Shown: piece after piece, positions 24,521 through 35,111 of the stretch
Layout of the letters: every line of letters begins with the position of its first letter
Numbering within the stretch: the first letter of the stretch is position 1
Assembly: GCA_037481835.1 (NCBI GenBank)
Contig: JBBFKW010000001.1
Span: forward strand, 75,403 to 139,402
DNA from: Desulfosoma sp.
Lineage (GTDB): Bacteria; Desulfobacterota; Syntrophobacteria; Syntrophobacterales; DSM-9756
Length of the DNA stretch: 64,000 nt
Reading direction: 5' to 3'
The notes under the pieces: model-generated
Databases searched by the model: none
Told to the model about the DNA's origin: nothing
What the model saw: the letters and a program-made list of their open reading frames with translations, nothing else
Program-made: the position numbers and the translations under genes

Positions 24521-25816
24521 TTAGTTGCCTTGGCGCCTCCAATGCTCTATCAGTTCTCTAAACAAGCTATAGGCAAGCCGTCTTCTCGAATACTTCAAAA
24601 TCTCATCCGTTTTTGGCGAATAGATGGCCATAAGCCCTCCCCCTTTTAAAGTATTCATAAGGAGGTCAGGAATATTCGAGTAATCTTTAGGATCGACTAC
24701 CATTCCAGTTCCTGTCGTTCGTAATATTTGTCCTATTTCGAAATCTTGTCGACTGCCGACACAAATAATCGGCCGTCCAGCTGTGAGATATTCGTACAGC
24801 TTACCTGTTAGGATTCCACGCGCTTCCGCTGAGGAACTTTCCAACAAGAGTAAAAGCCATGCACACCTCTGCGCATCCAAGGCCCGATCACGAGGTACAT
24901 GGCCCATGAACCGAATGAAGGATGCGTAGCGGGGATCTTTAGCCAATGCCTCGATTGGTTCAACTTGTGAACCATAGATATCCAGGGTGATCATTCCATC
25001 CGCGATCTTTCCAGACTGGAGGAGAAAAACCAATGCGTCCAAGACAGGTTTTGGATCATGAAAGCCTTCATATATTTTGCCCGTATAAACGATCCTCAAG
25101 GGGGGCTCTGGCACGTCCAAGGGGTTTGCAAGGCGACGCCGGACTTCCTCTTCGTCCACATCAAATCCGTTGGGATTATAGATCACCCTCTTACTCATCA
25201 AGCATTCGAGTTTTTCTACCATGTCCTTGGAAACCGCGCTTAGTAGGTCAGCATGTGCCCCCACGCTTTTAAGTTCAGACCGCCTGATTTCCTCCAGAAG
25301 TTCAATCGAGTCGCCAACAGATCGATTCTGACTCCAAAGATCGCGATAATCCGCCAGCCAAAATAGGCCAGGATTGGCCACCTTCATGTCGGAACCAATG
25401 AGGTGTGTTGCAGGAGGCCCAAAACTACTCACAACAATATCAGCCCATTGTGCAAGCCGCGTTACGTGCACTTGCACAGCTTTTCGCCACGGGGCACGGG
25501 GGTCTAAGACAAAATGGCTGTTCCTCTTCCATGCCGACTTTATTACTTTAGCGAGACGCCGCAACCGTTCACTTTTCAATAGGAAAGTAAAGGGACCCGC
25601 GGGGGATTCGTAAGGTGCCTCTATGACTCGGACTCCACTGGGACTCGGAAGATGCAGATCCAGAGGCTGATCAAATGGCTGCTTCTTTGCCGTCAGTACA
25701 ACGACCTCCGCTCCCGCCTCCTTCCAATATCTGGCCCATGAATAAGGTCGATGCGTGGCGATTGCGTTCCTAGGCGGCCAATCGTAGGTGATTATGACGA
25801 TTCGTGGTTTATTCAT
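24521..25816 (-). CDS. Glycosyltransferase (GT4-like)
   Basis: ITYDWPP, ADYRDLW, PNGFD, YTGKIY, TGKLYEYL. Confidence 0.88.
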   Translation of the reverse strand: MNKPRIVIITYDWPPRNAIATHRPYSWARYWKEAGAEVVVLTAKKQPFDQPLDLHLPSPSGVRVIEAPYESPAGPFTFLLKSERLRRLAKVIKSAWKRNSHFVLDPRAPWRKAVQVHVTRLAQWADIVVSSFGPPATHLIGSDMKVANPGLFWLADYRDLWSQNRSVGDSIELLEEIRRSELKSVGAHADLLSAVSKDMVEKLECLMSKRVIYNPNGFDVDEEEVRRRLANPLDVPEPPLRIVYTGKIYEGFHDPKPVLDALVFLLQSGKIADGMITLDIYGSQVEPIEALAKDPRYASFIRFMGHVPRDRALDAQRCAWLLLLLESSSAEARGILTGKLYEYLTAGRPIICVGSRQDFEIGQILRTTGTGMVVDPKDYSNIPDLLMNTLKGGGLMAIYSPKTDEILKYSRRRLAYSLFRELIEHWRRQGN

Positions 25817-25943
25817 AAAACTCGTGCCTCTTCTCTACTTCAAAAGCATAGTGATGTTTAACTTGCTGGCCGTGAGCTTGACCGTGGTTATTGGATTGTT
25901 ACTCTTCCGGCACGCCCGAGCTTTTCTTTTTGCTGCCTAAATG

Positions 25944-26460
25944 CTACTGGATGGTGGTCAGAATGCCCCGCTTTTTGCCAGCGTGGCGAATTGGGGCGCC
26001 GTCTTTTGAATGGCCTTCTTGGCCGATTATTTGAAGGACATTGTAGACCGTCGCCCCAAAATTCAGCACCAAGTCATTGATGGAAAACTTTCCTGTGGGA
26101 AGCCAGTCCAAATCCAGATTCCTCTTCATTCCGCTGTAAAACAGCTCGCTCAGACCCCTGTTTTCCCGAGAACCGATATCGTGACTCCAACCACCCAAAC
26201 CAAAATCCCTCAGCTCGCCCTCCAGGTGTTGGGACCTCAAGACACTCAAAAGCACCGCCCGCTTTCCGGAACGCCCTTGGCGCACTTACCCTGCGTTGAA
26301 GACTTTGCGGGGCCAAACGTGCGCGTCGTCCTTCTGGGAACTCTTGAATACGTCCCCGCGGGAGTTCTTGGGAAGACTCAATCTCATCCAGCTGCTGGGG
26401 CGGCACGGTACACCAGACTCTTATGGATTAACATTCTTTTCAGGATTCGGGCTGATTTGA
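25944..26460 (-). mobile_element. IS1380-family transposase remnant
   Basis: GLSELFYSGMKRNLDLDWLPTGKFSINDLVL...YNVLQIIGQ resembles the IS1380 C-terminal motif; frameshifted. Confidence 0.65.
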
Positions 26461-26488
26461 GGATTCCAGGAAGGTGCGCTTTCCTGAC

Positions 26489-27589
26489 TCACACCTTACT
26501 GAGACACTGTTCCAGTAATTTGTGGACGATGCTCGATGCCGCCATTCCGTTGCCGTAGAGGGACCCGGATCGGTGACCTGGGCCGAGTGCAGAGATCGCC
26601 TCCGCAATCAGAGTGCCATTGCACCCGGCGAGGATATTCCACCCTGCCTCGACGGTTTCGACCCACTCCGTCTCTTCGCGAAGAGTGACACAAGGGATCT
26701 GAAAAAAGAAAGCCTCCTTCTGCATGCCGCCGGAGTCGGTGGCGATAACGGCGGCGTGGGATTCGAGCCAGATCATTTCCAGGTAGCCCACGGGATCGGT
26801 CACGGCAATGTTTTCGGGCAGGGGAAGGCCGAATTCGCCCAGGCGGCGTCGCGTCCTCGGGTGAAGCGGCAGGATCACCGGGCTTCCGCACGCCCCGAGT
26901 CCATCAAAGATGCCGCGTAGGCGCACCGGATCGTCCGTGTTTTCAGCCCGGTGGACGGTGGCAAGGACATAGCGTCCCGGTTCGAACCCCAAGTCGACGA
27001 ACCAGCGGGGCGGCCGGGCTCGGTCGCGGTAGTACAGGGCCGCATCGTACATGACGTCTCCCGTAAGGTGGATGCGTTCCTCCGGGATGCCCTCCTTTTG
27101 AAGGTTACGGACAGCCGTTTCCGTGGGGGCGAAAAGGAGGTCCGCCGCATGGTCCGTAAGCACCCGGTTAATCTCTTCGGGCATGCGCCGGTTGAAGCTT
27201 CGAAGCCCCGCCTCCACGTGGGCCACAGGGATGTGGAGTTTTACCGCCGCAAGGGCCCCGGCCAGGGTGGAATCCGTATCGCCGTAGACCAGGACCACAT
27301 GGGGCTCTTCCCGGAGCATCACCCCCTCCAGGGCTTCCATCATGCGCCCGGTCATGGCCCCGTGGCTCAGGCCCCCAATGCCCAAATGATACTGGGGCCT
27401 GGGGATGTGGAGCTCCTCAAAAAAGACGTCCGACATGTCGGCATCGTAATGCTGCCCTGTATGGACGATGACCTCGGTGATCTCCGGCCGTGCGGCCACG
27501 GCCCGGGACACCGCCGCCGCCTTGATGAACTGCGGCCGGGCCCCGACCACTGTGAGGATGCGCAGGCGTGAGTCCGGGGATCTCGTCAT
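26489..27589 (-). CDS. wecB: UDP-N-acetylglucosamine 2-epimerase (non-hydrolysing, WecB/WbpI-like)
   Basis: VGARPQFIK, HTGQHYD, HVEAGLRS, MPEEINR, TDSGGMQKEA. Confidence 0.95.
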   Translation of the reverse strand: MTRSPDSRLRILTVVGARPQFIKAAAVSRAVAARPEITEVIVHTGQHYDADMSDVFFEELHIPRPQYHLGIGGLSHGAMTGRMMEALEGVMLREEPHVVLVYGDTDSTLAGALAAVKLHIPVAHVEAGLRSFNRRMPEEINRVLTDHAADLLFAPTETAVRNLQKEGIPEERIHLTGDVMYDAALYYRDRARPPRWFVDLGFEPGRYVLATVHRAENTDDPVRLRGIFDGLGACGSPVILPLHPRTRRRLGEFGLPLPENIAVTDPVGYLEMIWLESHAAVIATDSGGMQKEAFFFQIPCVTLREETEWVETVEAGWNILAGCNGTLIAEAISALGPGHRSGSLYGNGMAASSIVHKLLEQCLSKV

Positions 27590-27710
27590 GACAAAAGGCG
27601 TCCCCGAGAGAACGCGTGCATCAGAGGATTGCAGCAGCGATCCATGGCTTGGTATGTCCCGCGGTGGGCTAGAATTTGATTGTCCGCAATCGTATGGTGC
27701 AGGAAACTTT

Positions 27711-29102
27711 TCACGGTCGGATGAGCTCCTGGTAGAAGCGGCGAGCTTCCGGCTCTTGCAGTTCCGTATTGTGCCAAAGCAGGGTGAATTCCCCCCCTAC
27801 GGACAGGGCCCGCTCCTTGAGCGTTTGCATGAAAGAAAAAGCGCTCTCGGTCAGGCCCAGGCCCATGTAGCGCTCGGAGATCACCGAGCATTCCATCACG
27901 ATCAGGGGGCGCTCCTTGATCTCCAGAGGGCGGCGTTCGCAGAGGTCATAAAGGCTGTATTCGCGGCTTGTCCCGCACCGAAATCCGGCATGGTCGGCAT
28001 AGCTCAGCGTGGAATCGTAAGTCATGCCGGCCACTTCCCAGTTGCGGGCGGTTTCCGGGGTGCGCCATCTCAAATAGTGCTGGCGCCCGCCCAATTCACC
28101 ATAAGGAATGGATTCCTCGTCCAGGGTCCGACGCAAAAGGTCCGCCTCTATTTCGGTTTGTTTGCAATCCAGGTAGGTTGAGTACCCGGGATGCAGGCCG
28201 ATTCGGTGGCCGCGCTCATGGATATGCCGAAGCAGCCGCCGAACTACGGGTTCTTGGATGGAGTAGCGGCCGTCCAACTTATGACGAGGGGCAGTCATGA
28301 AAAAAAAGGAAACACGATTCCCCTCTTTTTCATTGACGTCCATCATCCAGCGGATAGCGTTCAGCCAAGGATCCCCGCGGAAGTCGCCCCTGCGAGCCCG
28401 CCATCTTCCATGAAGATTACATGCCGCGAGCTTCGGGTCCCGGCGCTTCAGCAGGTCCCCGGCCAAACCGCGCACGGAGGCGTTGAGAGAGCTTTCGAAC
28501 TTATAGGCACTGTCCACGTCGCAAGTAATTCGAAGAGTCCGTTGCCGGGGCTTTCGCTCCAGCCCGGGCCACAACCGCTTCATGGCCGCCCAAAGAATTT
28601 CCACATATTCATCGACGATGGGGCGGTCAAGAAAGCCTTCCTGGTAGGCCAGGGACGCCCGGGCGGGAAATCGGTCGTGCTCATCGCGCTCTTGAACCAC
28701 AACTTCCTCATATCGAGAAAGCATGAAAAAGGCCGACCCGAAAATATCAATGGGGAGATGCCAGCATCCCTCGTCCTGCCGGAACTCGGGCAAAGGGTCG
28801 CCATAGATCACCGGGAGGTCTTTGTCGGTCAACTTTACTTTCCAGTCTGTTTCGTTGAAATTCCATCTCGGCAAAGGGCGCGCGGGAAGTGACGCCTGCT
28901 TGAGCCATAGATGCTCGCACATTGGAAAAAACGTCTCTGGAAGGACGATTTCACCCGGCTGCCCGGGGAGCCGGATCGTGGTGTTTTTCGCCTCGGTATC
29001 CGTTTCCAAGCGCCACGTCAAACCCAAAAATTCGCCAAGGACGACCCCAAAAATGTAAGTGCGCTCGCTCAAACAGCTTTCAGGTGTTCTAACGATTAAC
29101 AA
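27711..29102 (-). CDS. Polysaccharide deacetylase-family protein
   Basis: SRYEE, PIVDEY, TCDVD, IGLHPGY, RQHYLR, YDSTL, GFRCGT, LWHN. Confidence 0.82.
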   Translation of the reverse strand: MLIVRTPESCLSERTYIFGVVLGEFLGLTWRLETDTEAKNTTIRLPGQPGEIVLPETFFPMCEHLWLKQASLPARPLPRWNFNETDWKVKLTDKDLPVIYGDPLPEFRQDEGCWHLPIDIFGSAFFMLSRYEEVVVQERDEHDRFPARASLAYQEGFLDRPIVDEYVEILWAAMKRLWPGLERKPRQRTLRITCDVDSAYKFESSLNASVRGLAGDLLKRRDPKLAACNLHGRWRARRGDFRGDPWLNAIRWMMDVNEKEGNRVSFFFMTAPRHKLDGRYSIQEPVVRRLLRHIHERGHRIGLHPGYSTYLDCKQTEIEADLLRRTLDEESIPYGELGGRQHYLRWRTPETARNWEVAGMTYDSTLSYADHAGFRCGTSREYSLYDLCERRPLEIKERPLIVMECSVISERYMGLGLTESAFSFMQTLKERALSVGGEFTLLWHNTELQEPEARRFYQELIRP

Positions 29103-29430
29103 GCAGTACTCCCTTCAGGATCTTTCTTGCCAACATGGCCGCACCCACAAGAACGTTTTTCACTCGTGTCACCTGGAAATAGGGCACCTGCTCCGCCCCG
29201 AAGGCACGGAAAAAGCGCTCCACTGGTTCCAGCATCGAACCTTCGAAATCGAAGACCTGTATGTGTTTCGGCTCATTGATGATCGCATGCCAAAGGCAAA
29301 GACTTCCCGCCCCACTGTTGCGAAGCTCCGGATCGCTTCCGCCCATTGAGAAACCACCTCCAAGCAGATCAATGACCCCGGACACGCGAGCATCCCACCC
29401 TACCATCTCGAACCTCGGTAATAAAAAAAG
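29089..29430 (-). pseudogene. GNAT/FemAB-like acetyltransferase, 3' fragment truncated by ISL3
   Basis: MGGSDPELRNSGA...FDFEGSMLEPVERFFRAFGA; 5' end abuts the ISL3 terminus. Confidence 0.7.
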
Positions 29431-29431
29431 G

Positions 29432-30430
29432 GTTCATCCGGCTAATGAGTACCTCTGATTGTGCAGATGGTAGACGTGGAGACGGAAATAGTCCATGCCC
29501 CTGAAGCCATAGGCTTGACGTTTGAGCGTTTTGATTTTGTTGACCAGCCCTTTTAACGGGCCGTTGGTGCTGCGGTGATGGAAGTCGTTGAGCAAGGCTG
29601 TCTTGTAGGCGGCCAAGGTCTTGCCGGCCTTCATCAGATGCTTGATGCCGGAAGCCATTGTGTCGCGGCACCAAGTTTCCATGAATTTTCCGGCACTGGC
29701 CGCGTTGTCCTTTTCCCAGAAGACTCTGAGTTGCTCCTTCATGCTATGAATGATGTAGAGCGGCTGGTTCACTTCCACCAATTGCTCAAGTCTCGCCCGC
29801 CCGTCGTCGTCGAGGGATTCGTAGGTAGTGTAAATCAGATTGTGTAATTTCGCAGAGGGTAGAAAAAGGGCGCTTTTCCTTTACATCAGGTTGGTCACCA
29901 CAACCACGCCGGAGAAAGGAGAAGCGACCATGGAAATTAAGATCAGTGTGCCAGAAGTGGTCAGCATTTTCAAAGAGATTCAAACGGCTCCCGAAAGGAT
30001 CTTTGAGATCATCCGTGCCGATCTCAGGCAGAGCGTAGGAAATTACCTCAGTGAGCTCATGAACGTGGAATTCAGCCAGTTCCTGGGCCGATAGCCCTGT
30101 GAGAAAAAGGAAGTTTAAGCCAGCACAACGCGCCGCATCGCAGGCACTTCATGCGGAGATATTGGATGGCCAAATAACAACTTTTAGTCTCATAGGCCCC
30201 ATCAGAAGACGCCGCGTTTTGCTTCCCTTGAAGACCACTTCCCGGTGGCCACATTCCGGGCACTTGTGCAAACTGCGATTCAGCCGAGCCCTGAAGACGA
30301 CTGTAGAACCCACATACTCCGTCGCTTGATAGGTGATTGCCTTCAGTCCGAAAGCGTGGTAAAGAATAGATGTGGATATGGTCAGGACCTCGTTTGGCTG
30401 CGAGAGTGGTGTTGAGCAGCCAAAGTCTTG
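29432..30430 (-). mobile_element. ISL3-family element remnant
   Basis: C-terminal NKIKTLKRQAYGFR; N-terminal STSILYHAFGLK at about 30380; terminus GGTTCATCCGG next to an A8 run. Confidence 0.8.
29824..30110 (+). mobile_element. IS256-family 5' fragment nested in the ISL3 remnant
   Basis: IR-like GGTAGTGTAAATCAGATTGTGTAA, then RBS and MEIKISVPEVV...LMNVEFSQFLGR* (29930-30094). Confidence 0.7.
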
Positions 30431-30585
30431 CCATGTCCATTTTTTGTTGGCAACAGTCAGGTATCGATTTGCAGCATGATCCCCAAAAAGCTGGTCTACG
30501 AAATCCGGAACAGCTCATCCTCGATGAAGTCACGGATTCGTAGTATAGATATATAGGCTATTTTGAAGTGAATTCTCTCGCCCCA

Positions 30586-31635
30586 TTAAAACTGCTCAGA
30601 ACGCTTCAGTTTAGCGAGCAAATGCTCTTTAATCCATTTTCTACTCCCGTGAGGCAGCGACATTAAAAAGGCTGAGATAATTAGACTACCGACGGATTCG
30701 TATCGAACGTACCTCGATGCCTTCAAAAGGTACGGTGCACCCTTAAGTATTCCCGGCCATCCCAAAGAAATCAATCGCCCAACATAGCATGCAGACTTAA
30801 CGTCTTCCACTGGGTAACGAATTCCACACAGATGCCAGAGAAAATCGCTGTTGTTCATAAACGTAAATTCTATGGAAGCCCACAGCTTTGCGTTTATTTC
30901 CATAAATACATAATCCTTTCTATTCGGACAATATTTATATTCTGCCAACCCCCATCCACTGTATTCCATGGATTCAAGGATTCTCTCTGTGTAGGCTTTT
31001 ATTCGCTCATCATGGAAAACTCTGATATAAACAGCGGACCCTCCCAGGATGGGGAAGCTCAGTAACTCTTCATGCTGGAATGAAGTAATGGTTCGTCCAC
31101 CTTGAGCAATAAAACCCATCCCATAAGTCCGACTTCCCGTAATGTACTCTTGATAGATGAGCCCTTCTTTATGTTCCAGCTTCTCAAGTTCTCTAACAGA
31201 CCACACAACCCCCCGAGGTCCTCCGCCCCTTTCGAATTTAGGTTTATAGAAGATCGGATACGGTACATCTATGACCTCGGGCTCTTCATATGTTTGCGGC
31301 ACGGGCACCCCCAGGTTCTTCACGTGAGAGAGGAAGGTATATTTCCTAAAGCAGCGAAGGTTTGCTTTGCTGTAATCAACCCCGTTCACTCGAAAAGTTC
31401 CAAAATGGGTTATCATCCAGTGAGTACTTCTCGCCCCCGTAGGCAAGACACAATCATAGCCTTCGACTGAACGTTCATTCTGGACATAAAATAGCTTCTC
31501 GTAATATTTGTGGTTGCGCATTCTTTCGCCAGGCATGAAACCACCATGCACGATATATCCGTCATACTTTCGCAGGTAACCCGCTACTGCTAAGGCCTGG
31601 TCACTTAGAGGGGATAAAATTAACATTTTCTTCAT
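30586..31635 (-). CDS. ATP-grasp domain protein (carboxylate-amine ligase-like)
   Basis: GVPVPQTY, FYKP, YQEYITG, EYKY, FMEINAKLW. Confidence 0.8.
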   Translation of the reverse strand: MKKMLILSPLSDQALAVAGYLRKYDGYIVHGGFMPGERMRNHKYYEKLFYVQNERSVEGYDCVLPTGARSTHWMITHFGTFRVNGVDYSKANLRCFRKYTFLSHVKNLGVPVPQTYEEPEVIDVPYPIFYKPKFERGGGPRGVVWSVRELEKLEHKEGLIYQEYITGSRTYGMGFIAQGGRTITSFQHEELLSFPILGGSAVYIRVFHDERIKAYTERILESMEYSGWGLAEYKYCPNRKDYVFMEINAKLWASIEFTFMNNSDFLWHLCGIRYPVEDVKSACYVGRLISLGWPGILKGAPYLLKASRYVRYESVGSLIISAFLMSLPHGSRKWIKEHLLAKLKRSEQF

Positions 31636-32351
31636 TTTTCCACCCAGACCATACAGCACACTCTTTCCGTTTCTTCCCAGGCTTGTTTTTGGTATAAGCG
31701 AGGGACGATTTTTTCACAGAAGAGGTACAAGATCTTGTTAGGCACGACGCGCCTCATCATTTTCGAGTAGAAAGCATCGTATTTCCCACCGAATTTGGCT
31801 ATTTTGATTCGTGCTGTTTTAATCATCGACGATTTGACAATGGCTTCAACTTCAGACGGCTCAAAAAATCTAATATCGTATAAAGGATCTCTGAGTGCCA
31901 ATTGCTTAAACTTTCCAACTAGACTTTTATTCAGTTGATTATGCACGAAGAATACGATGATCTTGGCTACGCGCTCTTGTTCCTTAAGCAATAATAAGAT
32001 ATCCATGTCGTCTGGCATATATATAAAAAAACCATTGTGAAAAACACAATCAAAAGAATCATCTAGGTACGGGAGCTGAAAGGCATCTGCGTGGTCGTAT
32101 CGCAAGTTAGGGTGTGAGAATCGCTTTCTTAATTTTTCTATAAGACGGCCTTCATAATCACTTGCTGTTACTTTCACACCTCTTTTCGCGAGATAAATGC
32201 TGTCTCTGCTACTCCCACAGGCAATCTCGAGAACACTTTTTACTTTCGGGAAGAACGAATGAATGAAAATACCTGTTCTTGGAGGTACCTCAAGATACTG
32301 TTGAAGGCGTGCTTGCCAGCATTTAAACCACTCATCGGGATCCACTTTCAT
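31632..32351 (-). CDS. Class I SAM-dependent methyltransferase
   Basis: VLEIACGS, ADAFQLPY.DDSFDCVF. Confidence 0.85.
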   Translation of the reverse strand: MKVDPDEWFKCWQARLQQYLEVPPRTGIFIHSFFPKVKSVLEIACGSSRDSIYLAKRGVKVTASDYEGRLIEKLRKRFSHPNLRYDHADAFQLPYLDDSFDCVFHNGFFIYMPDDMDILLLLKEQERVAKIIVFFVHNQLNKSLVGKFKQLALRDPLYDIRFFEPSEVEAIVKSSMIKTARIKIAKFGGKYDAFYSKMMRRVVPNKILYLFCEKIVPRLYQKQAWEETERVCCMVWVEK

Positions 32352-32504
32352 TCTTATTTCTCCCTAGTTAACGCCTCAATAGCTAATAGCACCCGCTTGG
32401 GCATCTTTAGAATCAATAGAAACTAGTCTTTCCATACAACCCCATGCTTCTTCTCAAGTCTTCCAAGAAGCGCTTCCATGATGCTCCAAGTGCTCCGGGA
32501 GGGC

Positions 32505-33833
32505 TCATGCCCGCAGACGTCGCGATTTCAGGTTAAGACTAATGGCGTAGGCATTCATAAGATACAGTATACCATACATACACGTCGAGAGGATACTATG
32601 CAAAAGAATGTAGACGTCGGGGGACAAATTAAGCATTTTTGCCACAAGGAATATCAACACTACAAGAATCAATCTGCTGCCGTCCCATACTAACTGCCAG
32701 TATGGTAATTCGTGTACCGAGAGGTGAGAAACCGTAGTAGCTACGAATTGTGCCATGACCATGGGTGTCAGGTATAGGGCGTAATAACCAGCTGCGGTCC
32801 ACTGCTCACCAAAAACAAATCTAAAAGCAAAGGGACTAATTATTCCCCCGATGGTCAGAAACAGACTAACACCGATTAATTTTCTTGAAGTCCTGAAAAA
32901 TAACAATTTTAAACCGATAGGATCACTCCGCACCAATTTGGCGGATTCAGCCCAGAAAATCTGAGTGACGGCCTGGCCAATCAATTGCATAGGGATACCA
33001 ATTACGCTTTGGGCGAGAAGATAACATCCAGCAACGGTCGATTGATAAAGACTTGTCAGCAGAATCGCTGTGAGTTGCAAATTTGCCGTGTTCACGACAC
33101 CTACACCTGTGTAGAGAAAGGCAAATTTCCAGTAGCGGGAGAAAGAGCTCTTGATGTCTGAGGTGCTCACTCGCAATAGAATGTCCCGGTCTTGTTTCCA
33201 TAATAGAGCTCCGAAGGTGCAGATTCCCGCTGCTTGCCCCGTCAAGCCTCCCAGTAGGAGGCCAAGTGGCCCCCATTTGCATATCCCGAGCCCGATGTTT
33301 AGGCTTGTTTGAGACAAGCTGCGGCTGAGGCGAGTCTTTGCGATTGCTTTGAAATTTTTTTTGCGGAGGGCCCAAACATTGAGTGCCTGATAGGATGCGC
33401 CCGCAAGTATGTATAAAGGGAGAAGCCACAGATAGGACTCAGTCATAGAGATTATGTCGACCTTATGGAATATCCTTAAAAAAAACTTTACAAGTGGCAC
33501 AGAAAAAACTGCTACTGCCGTCATAACCATAAAACATAGAACAAGAAGATTTATGGCGTCGTCATCACTTTCGGGATTGGGTATGCCCCATTCAAAGCGA
33601 AACGTTGCAACCACCATAGCCATAGCAGCAATAGATCCAAAGACACCGAAAACGCCATAATCCGAAGGGCTGTAAATGCGTGTGATAATGGGGGCAGCCA
33701 GGACATTAATGATTTGAGCAAATGCAGAGCTTCCCGCTAGGAGTGAAAAATTTCTTTTGAATTCTCCATGTGGAAGCAATACTTTCACTTGATTTAGAAT
33801 AGGCGTCAGTAGCATTTTATCTTGATCTTGCAT
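32505..33833 (-). CDS. wzx: Oligosaccharide flippase Wzx
   Basis: AQIIN..AAPIITRIYSPSDYGVFG; about 12 TM segments; FGEQWTAAG. Confidence 0.88.
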   Translation of the reverse strand: MQDQDKMLLTPILNQVKVLLPHGEFKRNFSLLAGSSAFAQIINVLAAPIITRIYSPSDYGVFGVFGSIAAMAMVVATFRFEWGIPNPESDDDAINLLVLCFMVMTAVAVFSVPLVKFFLRIFHKVDIISMTESYLWLLPLYILAGASYQALNVWALRKKNFKAIAKTRLSRSLSQTSLNIGLGICKWGPLGLLLGGLTGQAAGICTFGALLWKQDRDILLRVSTSDIKSSFSRYWKFAFLYTGVGVVNTANLQLTAILLTSLYQSTVAGCYLLAQSVIGIPMQLIGQAVTQIFWAESAKLVRSDPIGLKLLFFRTSRKLIGVSLFLTIGGIISPFAFRFVFGEQWTAAGYYALYLTPMVMAQFVATTVSHLSVHELPYWQLVWDGSRLILVVLIFLVAKMLNLSPDVYILLHSILSTCMYGILYLMNAYAISLNLKSRRLRA

Positions 33834-34325
33834 AGGTACGGAAAGCGAGCGACCCCAAAAAGGCTTTGTGCATATTGCCGGACAGCTTCCAGCACCAAAG
33901 CCAGATACCTCAGCTCTTTGCGTAGGATCAGCCCGACTTGCGGCCTTCACAATGCGCTTTCGACTTGTACCTGCCCATGCATTCCTTTCCGCTGCTAGCT
34001 CTCTCCCAATCTTCGTGAATCCGTTGAGGCCCGGGTGATTGGCACGGGACCGCGTATCAAGCTGCAATTGGGGCAGCATTGTCCGCGGTATGCGGCCTTT
34101 CGAGGGCTCTTTGTAAAATTATGCCTGGCCTAAAATCCTCATAAGGGGGGCGGGGCACGCAGATACCCCCTGGTGGCTTAAAGGAGGAAGTGCGTCCCAG
34201 TAAGGCAGTATTTGTTGCTCCGTGATACATTATCCGGATTTTAACGGCTGCGGCGTCCGATCCTGATGTGAACCGGCCGCCCTGCTGGTTAAAAAAGGCG
34301 CTCTAAACGGTCCGCAGAGGTTCGT

Positions 34326-35022
34326 TTACCCAGCCGTCACCGACTCAAGTTTGACCTCCACTGATACCCGGCCTTTCTTCTCCTTGGCAAGAGCTTTCTC
34401 TCCTATAGGGCGACTCGCAGACTGAACCAACCTTGCGTCTACTGCAATCCCTTCATTTGAGACCCTGCTACGAAAACGAGAAAAGGTCGAATGGTCAGGA
34501 GTCGGCTTGTCTAGGGCAAGCCGCAAAAATTTTTTGAACGATCTCCGGTCAGTGATCTGGTTCTCAAGCTCAGGGCCGGAGGGAATCCGAAAGCACTTTC
34601 GCAACAGCCATGCCTTGAGCAATATCAACGGGGGATACGCATCGGCCTCTCCCTTACTCCGCTCCTCACGACCTTGTAGTGCTCTATCAACAGGGCCACG
34701 GTGTTCCTCCAATTAACCACGTCGTCAGTGCGCTTCATCATCCGAAGGCTTCGGTCCTGTCACAGGGATTTCCTTGCCGCCAGATCGGCGAAACTCAGAG
34801 TGTGTCCTTGCCTCTACTATCCGATGGCTTCCCCGTTGGCGGTAATCTCTTTTAAACTAAAGCATAACATGCTTTGAAGCATTATGAAAGTAATTTCAGA
34901 ATATTAGGCCTAGTATCTTGTGTACGTATTTCGGGGCGGTTCGACTGCTTCGGTTAGCGACATTTATTCCGGTGAGCAACGCCCCGGAGGTGACATACAC
35001 CCTCAGGTTGCGCAAAGGTCTC
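34326..35022 (-). mobile_element. IS5-family transposase remnant
   Basis: AYPPLILLKAWLL...ELENQITDRRSFKKFL...PDHSTFSRFRSR...VDARLV; IR-like GAGACCTTTGCGCAA (reverse complement of 35008-35022). Confidence 0.75.
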
Positions 35023-35111
35023 TTGTTCACCTGCCGAAACTAACATAACCCTCAAAGAGGTGCCGAACCGGGATCATAAGATTGCTCTTGGAAAGGGATG
35101 CGAAGTGCACT

